NCBI GenBank assembly: GCA_041392855.1
Contig: JAWKLD010000002.1
Span: 202,706-266,705 of the forward strand
Source: Flavipsychrobacter sp.
GTDB lineage: Bacteria > Bacteroidota > Bacteroidia > Chitinophagales > Chitinophagaceae
DNA length: 64,000 nucleotides
Direction of reading: 5' to 3'
The notes beneath the pieces were generated by a model. The model did not search any database and had not been told where the DNA came from. It saw only the letters and a program-made list of their open reading frames with translations. Position numbers and translations under genes: made by a program. Positions within the stretch are counted from its first letter, which is position 1, and each line of letters starts with the position of its first letter. Of the stretch, positions 19,004 through 29,587 are shown piece by piece.

Positions 19004-20710
19004 CTAATCAGGTCGCTTACCATCTAAGAAAGTATTAATAGTACCGATATCACCTTTATCCTTTCCGTTCTCATCATCGGCCTTTACACTATACCCACTT
19101 AAAAAGGTTTCTGAAGATGCCACAGTATTATCTATTTCTACATTACGTCTTACGTATGCAGGTACTGCCTCTATATCATCACTTGATTCTACTGAATCAA
19201 TATTAAAGCTCATTCGTCTTAAGCGCTCCGCTCTTTCTTCCAAGGCTTTCTTTTGCGCCTCGAAGTTTCTTTTTTCTTCTAGTTCAGCCTCAGTAAGTTC
19301 TCTTCTTGCACTGTAACTTTCATTACTAGCTACCGACTGTCTTTCCTCTTCTTCGTTTTTTATAAATAACTCTATCGTACTACTTTTCTCTTCAGCAACT
19401 GGCTCTATAACATCTTTTTCTTCTTTCTCTTCCTCTTGTTGCTTTTGCTGTAAAGAGATATTAGCAACCTCTTCATCAGACTCAGTATTTAATGTTAAAG
19501 AGATGCGCTCCTCTTCATTGTGTTCTTCTTGTCGTTTAGGAAATGCAGGAGTTGGATTGATAGCTAGAGGTTTACGCTCTTGTTTTGCCTCTACTAATAC
19601 TGGAGACATACTTGTTACCGTAGCATTATCACTCTGCTCTGTCGCCTCTGGCTTACTATCTACTGCTTCTTGAGGAGTTCCGTCAAGTGTCATTACTATC
19701 TTATCTTCCTTCTCCATAGGAAATTCCACATCTCCACTTATCTCTTTATGATTAAAACCTGTAGCAATAACAGTAACTGCGATGTTATCATCAAGGTTAG
19801 GATCATGTCCCATACCTAGTATTACATCACAACCTTCGCCTGCTTGCTTCTGTACAAAAGCTTGTATTGCTTCGGCTTCATCCATTGTATGCTCATGATC
19901 ACCTGCTGCTGAAGTGATATTTAAGAGTATCCATTTTGCACCTCTGATATCATTATCATTTAACAATGGAGAACTCAATGCCTCTTCTACCGCATGTAAT
20001 GCACGATTTTCACCAGCTACAGTAGCACTACCTAATATAGCAACACCGCCGCTCTTCATTACTGTACAAACATCAGCAAAGTCAACATTTATTTGGCCTG
20101 TCGTAGTTATTACATCCGTGATACATTTAGCCGCTGTTGCCAACACATCATCGGCTTTGGCAAATGCCTGTGTGAATGGCAGGTTACCAAATTGCTGACG
20201 TAGTTTATCATTAGAGATGATCAGTATCGTATCTACATGCTCTCTCAATCTATCAATCCCGGCTTGCGCTTGAGACATACGTTTCTTCCCCTCGTAAGAG
20301 AATGGGGTAGTAACAATACCTACAGTTAGTATACCTAACTCTCTACAAATTTTAGCAACTACAGGAGCGCCACCCGTACCAGTACCACCGCCCATACCTG
20401 CAGTAATAAACGCCATGCGCGTGTTCACCTTTAGTATCTTGGTAATATCTTCCATACTCTCTTCACCTGCTTGCTTACCTATTTCAGGATTAGCACCAGC
20501 TCCCAAACCTTGTGTAAGATGTGGGCCTAATTGTATTTTGTTAGGTATCGGGCTTAAAGCCAACGCTTGCGAGTCTGTATTACAAACTACGAAGTCAACA
20601 CCTTCTATACCTAGGCTGTGCATGTAGTTTACGGCATTACTACCGCCACCACCAACACCTATCACCTTAATGATAGAAGATTGGTTTTTGGGAATTTCAA
20701 AATGTATCAT
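19004..20710 (-). CDS. ftsZ: cell division GTPase FtsZ with long acidic linker
   Basis: VIGVGGGGSNAVN, tubulin signature GGGTGTG, C-terminal VPAYVRRN peptide. Confidence 0.97.
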   Translation of the reverse strand: MIHFEIPKNQSSIIKVIGVGGGGSNAVNYMHSLGIEGVDFVVCNTDSQALALSPIPNKIQLGPHLTQGLGAGANPEIGKQAGEESMEDITKILKVNTRMAFITAGMGGGTGTGGAPVVAKICRELGILTVGIVTTPFSYEGKKRMSQAQAGIDRLREHVDTILIISNDKLRQQFGNLPFTQAFAKADDVLATAAKCITDVITTTGQINVDFADVCTVMKSGGVAILGSATVAGENRALHAVEEALSSPLLNDNDIRGAKWILLNITSAAGDHEHTMDEAEAIQAFVQKQAGEGCDVILGMGHDPNLDDNIAVTVIATGFNHKEISGDVEFPMEKEDKIVMTLDGTPQEAVDSKPEATEQSDNATVTSMSPVLVEAKQERKPLAINPTPAFPKRQEEHNEEERISLTLNTESDEEVANISLQQKQQEEEKEEKDVIEPVAEEKSSTIELFIKNEEEERQSVASNESYSARRELTEAELEEKRNFEAQKKALEERAERLRRMSFNIDSVESSDDIEAVPAYVRRNVEIDNTVASSETFLSGYSVKADDENGKDKGDIGTINTFLDGKRPD

Positions 20711-20783
20711 ACGACTTAAATTTCTGGGGTTAGTAAATCTTAATAGTCCTTCTTTATTATTAATTAATGGGTTTTATCTTTTA

Positions 20784-22154
20784 TTATATTTCCTCGTCCT
20801 CTACTTCTTCAAACAGGCTCATAAACTTGCCTTTCAATCCGTCAAATAGCTTTTTCAAATTTTCTGAACGTTTCGTATTCTTCTCGTCAGACACAATCTC
20901 TTCTTCATTTATTTCTAATTCTTCATGCTTCGTTTCTTCTTCAGACAAGGCTACATAATTACCACCATCACCTACAAAACGCAGTTTCCCATTTTCGAAA
21001 TCGTGATAACCACGAAGTATCAAACCAATACAAGTAGAATACATTGGATTGATCAATGACTCTGCATGACCACCTGCCAAATGCTCACTTGGCATACCAA
21101 TACGCGCGCCCATACCAGTTACATACTCTGTAAGCTGTATGATATGTTTTAACTGAGCACCACCACCTGTTAATATAATACCACCATGTAGTTTATTGTC
21201 CAGATTGATTTGTTTCAAGTGATACACTACATAATCTAATATCTCTTGAGTACGCGCTTGTATTATATGTGCCAGGTTTTTTACAGATATCTCTTTAGGA
21301 GGCAAACCTCTTAAACCCGGTATAGTTATATAAGCACTCTTATTAGCCTCGTCTGCCAATGCAGTACCAAACTGAACTTTCATTTGCTCTGCTTGTGCAC
21401 GTAATACACCCAAGCCATTTCGGATATCATTAGTAATATTCACACCAGCATAAGGTATAACTGCGGTGTGTTTTAAAATACCATCGTAGAACACTGCCAT
21501 ATCCGTAGTACCACCACCAATATCAACAATAGCTACACCTGCCTCTAAATCTTCGTCGTTCATTACTGCAGCTGCAGAAGCCAATGGTTGCAACACTAGG
21601 TCGCGAGTAATCAACTCTGACTTATCTACACACCGCTTTATATTTCTTATTGCATTTCTATCTCCTGTTATGATGTGAAAATTTGCTCCTATTTTCACAC
21701 CACTCATACCTACAGGATCAATAACATTAGGCGTGCTATCTACCATAAATTCCTGAGGAATAATATCAATTATCTGATCTCCTGCAGGTATATATGTTTT
21801 GTATTGGTCGCGCACCAACAGATCAATATCCGCTTTGTTGATCTCATCGTCAGTATTTGTACGAACGCGATCGCCACGAGTTTGCAAACTCTTTATATGT
21901 TGTCCGGCAATACCAACATATACTTCTTTTATGTCTAGATTCGGATTAGACTCCAGACATTTTTCTATAGCCTGCTGTATCGACTTAATGCACTGTTCGA
22001 TATTCATAACAACACCATGACTAACTCCAGCAGACTCAGCTCTACCAAAGCCAAGCACCTCCAGTTTGCCATATTCATTTTTTCTACCAGCGATAGCTAC
22101 CACTTTAGTGGTTCCTATGTCTAAGCCAACGATTACCGGTTGTTTTTTGCTCAT
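20784..22154 (-). CDS. ftsA: cell division protein FtsA
   Basis: Actin-fold motifs LDIGTTKV, DIGGGTTD, LTGGGAQL; C-terminal amphipathic helix LKKLFDGLKGKFMSLF. Confidence 0.95.
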   Translation of the reverse strand: MSKKQPVIVGLDIGTTKVVAIAGRKNEYGKLEVLGFGRAESAGVSHGVVMNIEQCIKSIQQAIEKCLESNPNLDIKEVYVGIAGQHIKSLQTRGDRVRTNTDDEINKADIDLLVRDQYKTYIPAGDQIIDIIPQEFMVDSTPNVIDPVGMSGVKIGANFHIITGDRNAIRNIKRCVDKSELITRDLVLQPLASAAAVMNDEDLEAGVAIVDIGGGTTDMAVFYDGILKHTAVIPYAGVNITNDIRNGLGVLRAQAEQMKVQFGTALADEANKSAYITIPGLRGLPPKEISVKNLAHIIQARTQEILDYVVYHLKQINLDNKLHGGIILTGGGAQLKHIIQLTEYVTGMGARIGMPSEHLAGGHAESLINPMYSTCIGLILRGYHDFENGKLRFVGDGGNYVALSEEETKHEELEINEEEIVSDEKNTKRSENLKKLFDGLKGKFMSLFEEVEDEEI

Positions 22155-22177
22155 GACTATTCTTTTATATAGTATTA

Positions 22178-23254
22178 CTAATTGCCTTGGTATATATACT
22201 TTGGCTCTTTTTTTTCTTTTTTAACTTTCTCTTCCTCCACTTTTGTAGTGGTCGAGGTTTTATTTACGCTTTTATTCTTTTCACCTTCCGCTGCCACTTC
22301 ATTCACACTCTCTACTTTTACATCTTCCACAGCAACTTCCTTGGACGCAGTAACGTCAGCAGCTTTCGGCGTGGTCGCACTTACTACAGACGGCGCACTC
22401 ACTATTGGTCTTGGTGCTTCTCCTGTAATACTGCTTATCCAGTTAATGCTATTACGCACCTTATCTTCGGGGATATTCCACCTTACCGATGGAGAACCTA
22501 CCAACTGTCCTTTATACCTCACATCAAGCACTTCATACTTATCCCAGCCTACCTTATTCAACACCTTTTTATAAAACGATAATAGATTATCGAACTTCTC
22601 CTCTAGTCTTTCCACCTGCCCAAGCTTTATCTTATGCTTGCCTAAAACAGGAGTCAACTCAAATTCATGCTCCTTATTTATCGTCACATGCGACACTTGC
22701 GCTTTCCAAAAAGTATCCTGTTCGATGTACTGACTCAACCTCACTATATCTTTATTCATCATTAACGCCTGAGTATCGTTATCAAAAACAGGTACATTTA
22801 TTACTGTTGTAGCATAATGAACATAATTATCAGACAATGGTATCTCATGTGCTGTACTATCCAAATAGTAGCTTTGTCCTTCTACATTGAACAATCTTAC
22901 TACTGGCACTCTTTGCACCACTTCCACCTTTATATCTCTTGCATTATCTACATACACTTCAGCACTTGCCACCCATGGGTTGTTGACTAGCAAATTCTCT
23001 ACTCTATGTATATTCAATTCTTTCAATTTCGTTGCTCTAATCTTTAGCTCATCAGCTAACAACTCTTCCTTTATAGTTCTCTTATCTATAAAACGACAAT
23101 CATTGTTAACTACTGTCACATCAATACCAGCTATCACCCTATTGCCTTGTAGTCTAGTTGTGCTCAATACCGCTGTAGCACATCCACACAACAACAACAA
23201 TGTTGCTATGGCTTGCAAGACTTTCCTTGCTGATATTTTGCGTTTTTGCGTCAC
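22178..23254 (-). CDS. ftsQ: cell division protein FtsQ with low-complexity C-terminal extension
   Basis: Single TM, POTRA-like region, position between murC and ftsA; GTG start overlaps the murC stop. Confidence 0.85.
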   Translation of the reverse strand: MTQKRKISARKVLQAIATLLLLCGCATAVLSTTRLQGNRVIAGIDVTVVNNDCRFIDKRTIKEELLADELKIRATKLKELNIHRVENLLVNNPWVASAEVYVDNARDIKVEVVQRVPVVRLFNVEGQSYYLDSTAHEIPLSDNYVHYATTVINVPVFDNDTQALMMNKDIVRLSQYIEQDTFWKAQVSHVTINKEHEFELTPVLGKHKIKLGQVERLEEKFDNLLSFYKKVLNKVGWDKYEVLDVRYKGQLVGSPSVRWNIPEDKVRNSINWISSITGEAPRPIVSAPSVVSATTPKAADVTASKEVAVEDVKVESVNEVAAEGEKNKSVNKTSTTTKVEEEKVKKEKKEPKYIYQGN

Positions 23255-24609
23255 TTCTTTTCTAACACCTTTTTAATAGGCTTCACTAGTTTATCTATAT
23301 CACCTGCACCTGCAGTTATCAACAACTCCACGGGAGCTGCTTCCGCATATTTGACCAATCCATCCATTTGTAAAATGGTACAATTAGGGTTACCCATTTT
23401 CCCTTTTATCAATTCACTTGTCACTCCTTCTATGGGTTCTTCTCTTGCTGGGTATATATCTAACAATATCACCTCATCTGCCAGATCTAAACTTTGCGCA
23501 AACCCTTCTGCCAGATCTCTGGTTCTACTATATAAATGTGGTTGAAAAGCCACAACACATTTCCTATTAGGGAACAAGCCTTTTGCACTTTTTATTAAAG
23601 AACTCAACTCCTCTGGGTGATGCGCGTAGTCATCTATATAAACAACATCATCTGTCTTCACTACATATTCAAATCTGCGCTTTACGCCCTTAAACCCTGA
23701 CAGTATCGCTTTTATCTTTTCATGAGGCACATCAAGCATATCAGCTACCGCTATAGCAGCTACCATATTCTCCACATTGTGCATGCCTCCAATATTTAAA
23801 TGCAGGCCTTCTATCTTTTCTCCTTTGATGCTAACATCAAAATAATAACCTCCATCCTTCTGCATTATATTAGTAGCGTACACATCTGCAGCATCATTTT
23901 GCAAACTATAGGTCATCACATTAGATGCTTTCATATCACTGCTTCTTTTCAAGCCATGCTTCACTAATAGCGTACCACCCTCTTTTATATTCTGCGTATA
24001 AGCAATGAATGCATTTTCCATTTCTTCGACCGTACCATATATATCCAAATGGTCTGCATCTATAGAAGTAAGAATAGCAACATCTGGATGCAGTTTTAAA
24101 AAACTTCTGTCATACTCATCTGCTTCAATTACCGCTGTTTGTGTATCACTACTCCAGTAGTTTTTACCATAATTAACAGACACTCCTCCCAAGAAAGCAT
24201 TGCAACCGCTACCAGCTTCCGTCAGCAAATAAGCTACCATAGTAGACGTGGTAGTTTTACCATGTGTACCTGCTACCGTTACAGCATACATACTATCCGT
24301 TATTAGCTGCAGCACATCACTACGTTTCAATACAGTAAAACCGTTATCCCTATACCAACTCATCTCGTCATGAGAAGTAGGTACAGCTGGTGTATATACT
24401 ACTAGATCAGCATTCTTATCTATCTGTTGTATATCGTCTACATAGTGTATATCAATCCCCTCTGCCTCCAAAGTCTTAGTCAAGTCAGTTGACGTACGAT
24501 CATAACCACTCACCTTCGCACCATGATGGTTGAAGAAGCGTGCAAGTGCACTCATACCGATTCCTCCGATACCAATAAAATAAACTCGTTTCAACTCGTG
24601 AACATTCAT
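23251..24609 (-). CDS. murC: UDP-N-acetylmuramate--L-alanine ligase
   Basis: GIGGIGMSALA and GTHGKTTT motifs; Mur ligase layout. Confidence 0.95.
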   Translation of the reverse strand: MNVHELKRVYFIGIGGIGMSALARFFNHHGAKVSGYDRTSTDLTKTLEAEGIDIHYVDDIQQIDKNADLVVYTPAVPTSHDEMSWYRDNGFTVLKRSDVLQLITDSMYAVTVAGTHGKTTTSTMVAYLLTEAGSGCNAFLGGVSVNYGKNYWSSDTQTAVIEADEYDRSFLKLHPDVAILTSIDADHLDIYGTVEEMENAFIAYTQNIKEGGTLLVKHGLKRSSDMKASNVMTYSLQNDAADVYATNIMQKDGGYYFDVSIKGEKIEGLHLNIGGMHNVENMVAAIAVADMLDVPHEKIKAILSGFKGVKRRFEYVVKTDDVVYIDDYAHHPEELSSLIKSAKGLFPNRKCVVAFQPHLYSRTRDLAEGFAQSLDLADEVILLDIYPAREEPIEGVTSELIKGKMGNPNCTILQMDGLVKYAEAAPVELLITAGAGDIDKLVKPIKKVLEKK

Positions 24610-24611
24610 TC

Positions 24612-25709
24612 TTACTTGGTTATTTCAATCACTTTGTTAGCAATACGCACATCGGCATCCTTTACTGCCAGTGCGTTTAAATTCTTTATCATTTTTTCTT
24701 GCAGTTCTGTATCTTCAAGAAGCTGTTTTACTCTTTCAACTAGCTCCTCTTCTGCCTTATCATTTTTCACCATTAGTGCAGCACCTTTTTCAACCAAAGA
24801 CATTGCATTACTAGTTTGATGATCTTCTGCAGCAAAAGGGAAAGGCACAAACACAACAGGCTTTGCTACTATACACAACTCTGATATAGCCAATGCCCCT
24901 GCTCGCGACACAACCACATCTGCAGCTGCGTAAGCAAGGTCCATGTCTTTTATAAACTCAAAAACCTTTACTCTTTCACTACTATTTGTAACTCTTTGTT
25001 TTGCCTGCTCATAATAAAACTTACCTGTTTGCCATATTATTTGCACATCATCACTTAACAAACCTTCTACCCCCCTGTCTATTGCCTCATTAATAGCTTT
25101 TGCACCCAAGCTACCCCCTACTACAAGTATTGTCTTTTTATCTTCTTTTAGTTCAAACTTTTTAATTCCTTCAGCTCTACTTACCGTAGATGCTGTTATT
25201 TTTTCTCTTACAGGATTACCTGTTTTTATAATTTTACTTTTAGGAAAAAATCTTTCCATACCATCATAAGCCACACATATTGCATCTGCTTTTTTGGATA
25301 GTATTTTATTACTCTTTCCCGCATAAGAGTTTTGCTCTTGTATCAGCGTAGGTATACCTTTCCCTTGCGCAGCATTCAGCATAGGGAAGCTGGCATAACC
25401 GCCTACTCCCACTACCGCATCGGGCTGAAAAGATTTTAGTATACTTCTTGCTTTCATATAACTCTTAATGATCTTGATTGGCAGTAATAAATTTTTCAAC
25501 ATATTACTCCTATTAAACCCTGCTATATCCAACCCTACAATTTCAAAACCTTCTTGTGGCACTTTCTCCATTTCCATTTTCCCTAAAGCACCTACAAACA
25601 ACAACTCCGTATCTTCATTCAATCGCTTCAACGCATGCCCAATAGCTACTGCAGGATATATATGCCCGCCTGTTCCTCCACCTGCTATGATCACTTTTAG
25701 CTTACTCAT
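24612..25709 (-). CDS. murG: undecaprenyldiphospho-muramoylpentapeptide beta-N-acetylglucosaminyltransferase
   Basis: GGTGGHIYPA G-loop, GT28 layout; ATG at 25709 preferred over TTG at 25718. Confidence 0.95.
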   Translation of the reverse strand: MSKLKVIIAGGGTGGHIYPAVAIGHALKRLNEDTELLFVGALGKMEMEKVPQEGFEIVGLDIAGFNRSNMLKNLLLPIKIIKSYMKARSILKSFQPDAVVGVGGYASFPMLNAAQGKGIPTLIQEQNSYAGKSNKILSKKADAICVAYDGMERFFPKSKIIKTGNPVREKITASTVSRAEGIKKFELKEDKKTILVVGGSLGAKAINEAIDRGVEGLLSDDVQIIWQTGKFYYEQAKQRVTNSSERVKVFEFIKDMDLAYAAADVVVSRAGALAISELCIVAKPVVFVPFPFAAEDHQTSNAMSLVEKGAALMVKNDKAEEELVERVKQLLEDTELQEKMIKNLNALAVKDADVRIANKVIEITK

Positions 25710-25710
25710 A

Positions 25711-26919
25711 CTACGCAAGCATTAATTTGTTTCCGCCTGTAACTATATCTGTCACTTGTTGTTTCTTTTCTTTCGAAGCTTTCAGCTTCCCTTCATTTTC
25801 ATCCACATACCTACTCACACTTAGTATTACACCTATAGCAATACTGGTGAACCATATAGAAGAACCCCCCATACTTACCAGCGGTAGCGTCAATCCCGTT
25901 ACTGGCACTAAGTGCACATTTACTGCCATATTCAACATCGCCTGAAATACCAATGTTATACTTAGACCTACAGCTAAAAATGCACCAAAGGCATAAGGAC
26001 ATCTTCTAAATATCAGTATACTCCTCCATAGGAATAACAGATATAGAAATATCATACCTGCTCCTCCTATCAACCCATACTCCTCTATGATTATAGCATA
26101 GATAAAGTCTGAGTAAGAGTGTGGCAAAAAGTTTCTTTGTTTACTATTACCAGGCCCCTCACCTGTAAGTCCACCGCTTGCTATAGCTATCTTTGCTTGC
26201 CTTACTTGGTATACATCTTCTTTCCCTTCTTCATCATCTGCAACAAAATCTTGTATCCTTTGTTCCCATGTACCAGCCCGTCCCCATCCTGTTAGTTTAG
26301 ACACTGTAAACAATACTGTCACTCCTATCAGCCCTGCCACTGCCAGCATTAAAATGTGTTTCACTTGTATTCTACCTATAAAGAATAAGATGCAACAGGT
26401 AACACCTAACATTAACGCAGTAGACAAGTTGGCCGGAGCAATCAAAGCGCAGGTTATCATCACTGGTGTCAATACAGGCAAGAACCCTTTTTTAAAGTCT
26501 TTAATATTAGCCTGCTTTGTGCTCAACACCCTTGCTAAAAACATGAATAAAGCCAACTTTGCAAAAGCTGATGTTTGGAACGTAATATTGACTACAGGTA
26601 TAGTTATCCAACGTGAGCCTTCATTAAGCGATGTACCAAAGAACAAGGTGTAGGCCAACAATGGTATACTCAACAAATACATGAGCACAGCAATTTTAGC
26701 AAACTTCTTATAGTTAATCTTGTGCACCAAGTAAATGATCACTAAGCCTAACCCCAGCACTAATACCTGTTTTACCAAGTAATAAGTTGAGTTCAACTCC
26801 TTTCTATATGCCAAAGAACCTGTAGAACTGTAAACAGCTAACAAACTCACTAGCGATAGCAATAGGACTACCGCCCATATCACTTTATCACCTTTAGCAT
26901 GTTTGATCAACTGTTTCAT
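25711..26919 (-). CDS. ftsW: SEDS-family peptidoglycan polymerase FtsW
   Basis: About 10 TM helices, LPHSYSDFIYA and PLVSMGGSS motifs; dcw position. Confidence 0.9.
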   Translation of the reverse strand: MKQLIKHAKGDKVIWAVVLLLSLVSLLAVYSSTGSLAYRKELNSTYYLVKQVLVLGLGLVIIYLVHKINYKKFAKIAVLMYLLSIPLLAYTLFFGTSLNEGSRWITIPVVNITFQTSAFAKLALFMFLARVLSTKQANIKDFKKGFLPVLTPVMITCALIAPANLSTALMLGVTCCILFFIGRIQVKHILMLAVAGLIGVTVLFTVSKLTGWGRAGTWEQRIQDFVADDEEGKEDVYQVRQAKIAIASGGLTGEGPGNSKQRNFLPHSYSDFIYAIIIEEYGLIGGAGMIFLYLLFLWRSILIFRRCPYAFGAFLAVGLSITLVFQAMLNMAVNVHLVPVTGLTLPLVSMGGSSIWFTSIAIGVILSVSRYVDENEGKLKASKEKKQQVTDIVTGGNKLMLA

Positions 26920-26940
26920 TACTACTTACTATTATTTACA

Positions 26941-28299
26941 TTAAAGATTACGAACAGCCTCTTTGAATTGCTCTCCTCTATCTTCATAATTTTCAAAAAG
27001 ATCGAAGCTGGCACATGCTGGTGAAAGCAACACCACATCTCCCTTATCCGCTAATGCATATGCTGCTTTCACTGCATCACTTGCGCTACTTGTTTCAACA
27101 AGCGTTTCAACCTCTCCATCAAAAGCTTTTACGATAGGACTATTATCTATACCCATGCATACTATAGCCTTTACCTTTTCTCTTACAAGCTCCATAAGCT
27201 CGTTGTAATCATTGCCTTTATCCTGACCACCTAATATCAAAACCGTTGGTTTCTCCATACTCTCTAAAGCATACCAAACCGAGTTTACATTCGTAGCCTT
27301 ACTATCGTTGATATAGTCAACACCTCTTACCGTTGCTACCAACTCCAGTCTATGCTCTAAACCATTAAAGGTGGAAAAGCTTTCTCTTATCTTCTCCTTG
27401 CGTATTCCTGCTACGCGTGCTGATATTCCTGCTGCCATGCTATTATATACATTATGCCTGCCTTTTAACGATAGGTCGTGAATAGACATATCCATAGAGT
27501 CGTTGCCTACACGGATGTGCATGTCTCCATTTTCTATAAATCCTCCCTCGTTAATTTGGTTTTGGTCGCTCATCGAAAAATAGATTAGTTGTGATTGAAT
27601 TGAATGGGTTGTTAAATAATTGGTTATCGTTTCGTCGTCCTTATTTGTTATTAAGTAATTATCCCTTGTTTGATTCTTCGTTATATTAAATTTTGACGCT
27701 ATATAGTTTTCTAATTTGTTATCATACCTTTCCATATGGTCGGGCGTAATATTGAGTAGCACTGCTATATCTGGTTGGAAAAATTTTATATCATCCAACT
27801 GAAAACTACTCACCTCCATCACATACCATTCACAAGGCTTTTCTACGATCTGCTTGGCAAAGCTCTTCCCTATATTACCTACAAGTGCCGCATCGTAACC
27901 AGCCTCTTTCAATAGATGATGTGTCAATGTTGTAGCAGTACTTTTTCCATTAGTCCCCGTTATGGCTATCACCTTGCTATCTCCCTTATATCTATAGCCA
28001 AACTCAATTTCACTACACACCTCTATACCTCTTGCTTTCACCCTTTGCATTATTGCCACCTTGTCACTTATACCAGGGCTCTTCACCAAACAATCAGCCT
28101 TTAATATTTCCTCCTCAGTATGCCCCCCAACTTCGTAAGCTATAGCAGCTTGATCTAATACCTTTTTATATTTTTCCTTCAACTGCCCACCATCACTTAC
28201 AAACACATCCCACCCCTCTTGCTTACCAAGCAAGGCTGCCCCTATGCCACTTTCTCCGGCACCTAGCACTACAAGTCGTTTTTGTGTGTTTGTACTCAC
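26941..28299 (-). CDS. murD: UDP-N-acetylmuramoylalanine--D-glutamate ligase
   Basis: [17 protein letters not shown] motifs; GTG start overlapping the mraY stop by 1 nt. Confidence 0.95.
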   Translation of the reverse strand: MSTNTQKRLVVLGAGESGIGAALLGKQEGWDVFVSDGGQLKEKYKKVLDQAAIAYEVGGHTEEEILKADCLVKSPGISDKVAIMQRVKARGIEVCSEIEFGYRYKGDSKVIAITGTNGKSTATTLTHHLLKEAGYDAALVGNIGKSFAKQIVEKPCEWYVMEVSSFQLDDIKFFQPDIAVLLNITPDHMERYDNKLENYIASKFNITKNQTRDNYLITNKDDETITNYLTTHSIQSQLIYFSMSDQNQINEGGFIENGDMHIRVGNDSMDMSIHDLSLKGRHNVYNSMAAGISARVAGIRKEKIRESFSTFNGLEHRLELVATVRGVDYINDSKATNVNSVWYALESMEKPTVLILGGQDKGNDYNELMELVREKVKAIVCMGIDNSPIVKAFDGEVETLVETSSASDAVKAAYALADKGDVVLLSPACASFDLFENYEDRGEQFKEAVRNL

Positions 28300-29570
28300 T
28301 ATTGCATTTTAAGTGTTACGATACTCATCACTGCCAGCATAATGCCGACTATCCAAAACCTTGTTACTATTTTACTTTCGTGATAACCCAACTTTTGATA
28401 ATGATGATGCAGCGGTGCCATTAAAAACACTCTTCTACCTTCACCATGTTTCTTTTTAGTGTATTTGAAATAGTACACTTGGATTATCACTGATAAATTT
28501 TCTACTAAGAATATGCCGCAGATAATAGGTATCAACAATTCCTTTCTTATTACCAAGGCAAGCGTACCTATTATACCACCCAAGGCAAGACTACCTGTAT
28601 CCCCCATAAACACTTGAGCCGGGTAAGCATTGTACCATAAAAAACCAATGCAAGCCCCTATAAAGGCAGCAATAAATATGGACAACTCTCCTAAATGCGG
28701 AATATGCATAATGCCTAGATAGTCGGCAAAAATGTAATTGCCCGATACGTAGGCGAACACTCCAAGGCATATACCTATAATAGCCGACACACCTGTAGCT
28801 AATCCATCAACACCGTCGGTAATATTAGCTCCGTTAGAAACCGCAGTAACTATAAAAATGGCGAACAATATATAGATGATAGGCGTTAACACATTCACTA
28901 GATCTTCGCCAAAAATTGAAGCAATTTTTGCATAGCTCAACTCATGCGTTTTAGTAAACGGGATTGTAGTAGTTACCGACTTTACACGAACATATTTCCT
29001 TTCGTTCCCGTCACGATCTTTTCTTGTAAACACATCCGACTTAACTTGCTCTGCTGTATTATGAACAATAGGAGCACTATTAGTTACCTCTCTAGTTGTA
29101 ACAACATTATCATTGAAGTACATTGTAGAACCTACAATCAACCCTAACCCTACTTGCCCTAACACTTTAAACTTACCAGCGAGACCCTCCTTATTCTTTT
29201 TGAATACTTTTATATAATCATCCAAGAAACCAATAAGCCCCAACCAAACTGTTGACACAAGCAAGAGAATAACATACACATTGCTTACTCTTGCGAACAG
29301 AAGCGTTGGGATTACAATAGCAGCAATTATGATCAAACCACCCATTGTAGGTGTTCCCATTTTTTGCTTTTCACCAGCCAACCCTAGATCTCTTACCGTT
29401 TCTCCTATTTGTTTTTTATGCAGGTAGCGAATAAGTCCTTTACCAAATATCATAGTGATAATAAGAGACACAATGATAGCCATGGCAGCACGGAAGGTGA
29501 TATAATAAAACACACCTGCACCAAACAGACCAAAATGTTCTCTTAAATAGGTAAAAAGATAGTATAGCAT
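28299..29570 (-). CDS. mraY: phospho-N-acetylmuramoyl-pentapeptide transferase
   Basis: [29 protein letters not shown] motifs; polytopic. Confidence 0.95.
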   Translation of the reverse strand: MLYYLFTYLREHFGLFGAGVFYYITFRAAMAIIVSLIITMIFGKGLIRYLHKKQIGETVRDLGLAGEKQKMGTPTMGGLIIIAAIVIPTLLFARVSNVYVILLLVSTVWLGLIGFLDDYIKVFKKNKEGLAGKFKVLGQVGLGLIVGSTMYFNDNVVTTREVTNSAPIVHNTAEQVKSDVFTRKDRDGNERKYVRVKSVTTTIPFTKTHELSYAKIASIFGEDLVNVLTPIIYILFAIFIVTAVSNGANITDGVDGLATGVSAIIGICLGVFAYVSGNYIFADYLGIMHIPHLGELSIFIAAFIGACIGFLWYNAYPAQVFMGDTGSLALGGIIGTLALVIRKELLIPIICGIFLVENLSVIIQVYYFKYTKKKHGEGRRVFLMAPLHHHYQKLGYHESKIVTRFWIVGIMLAVMSIVTLKMQ

Positions 29571-29587
29571 TATGCTATTGGTTTTTA

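Noticed and set aside
22182-22582. Two overlapping plus-strand ORFs of about 130 aa antisense to the ftsQ 3' end
   Set aside because: They are shadow ORFs created by the K/E/V-rich low-complexity codons of the FtsQ tail. The translations are nonsensical F/S/T-rich strings.
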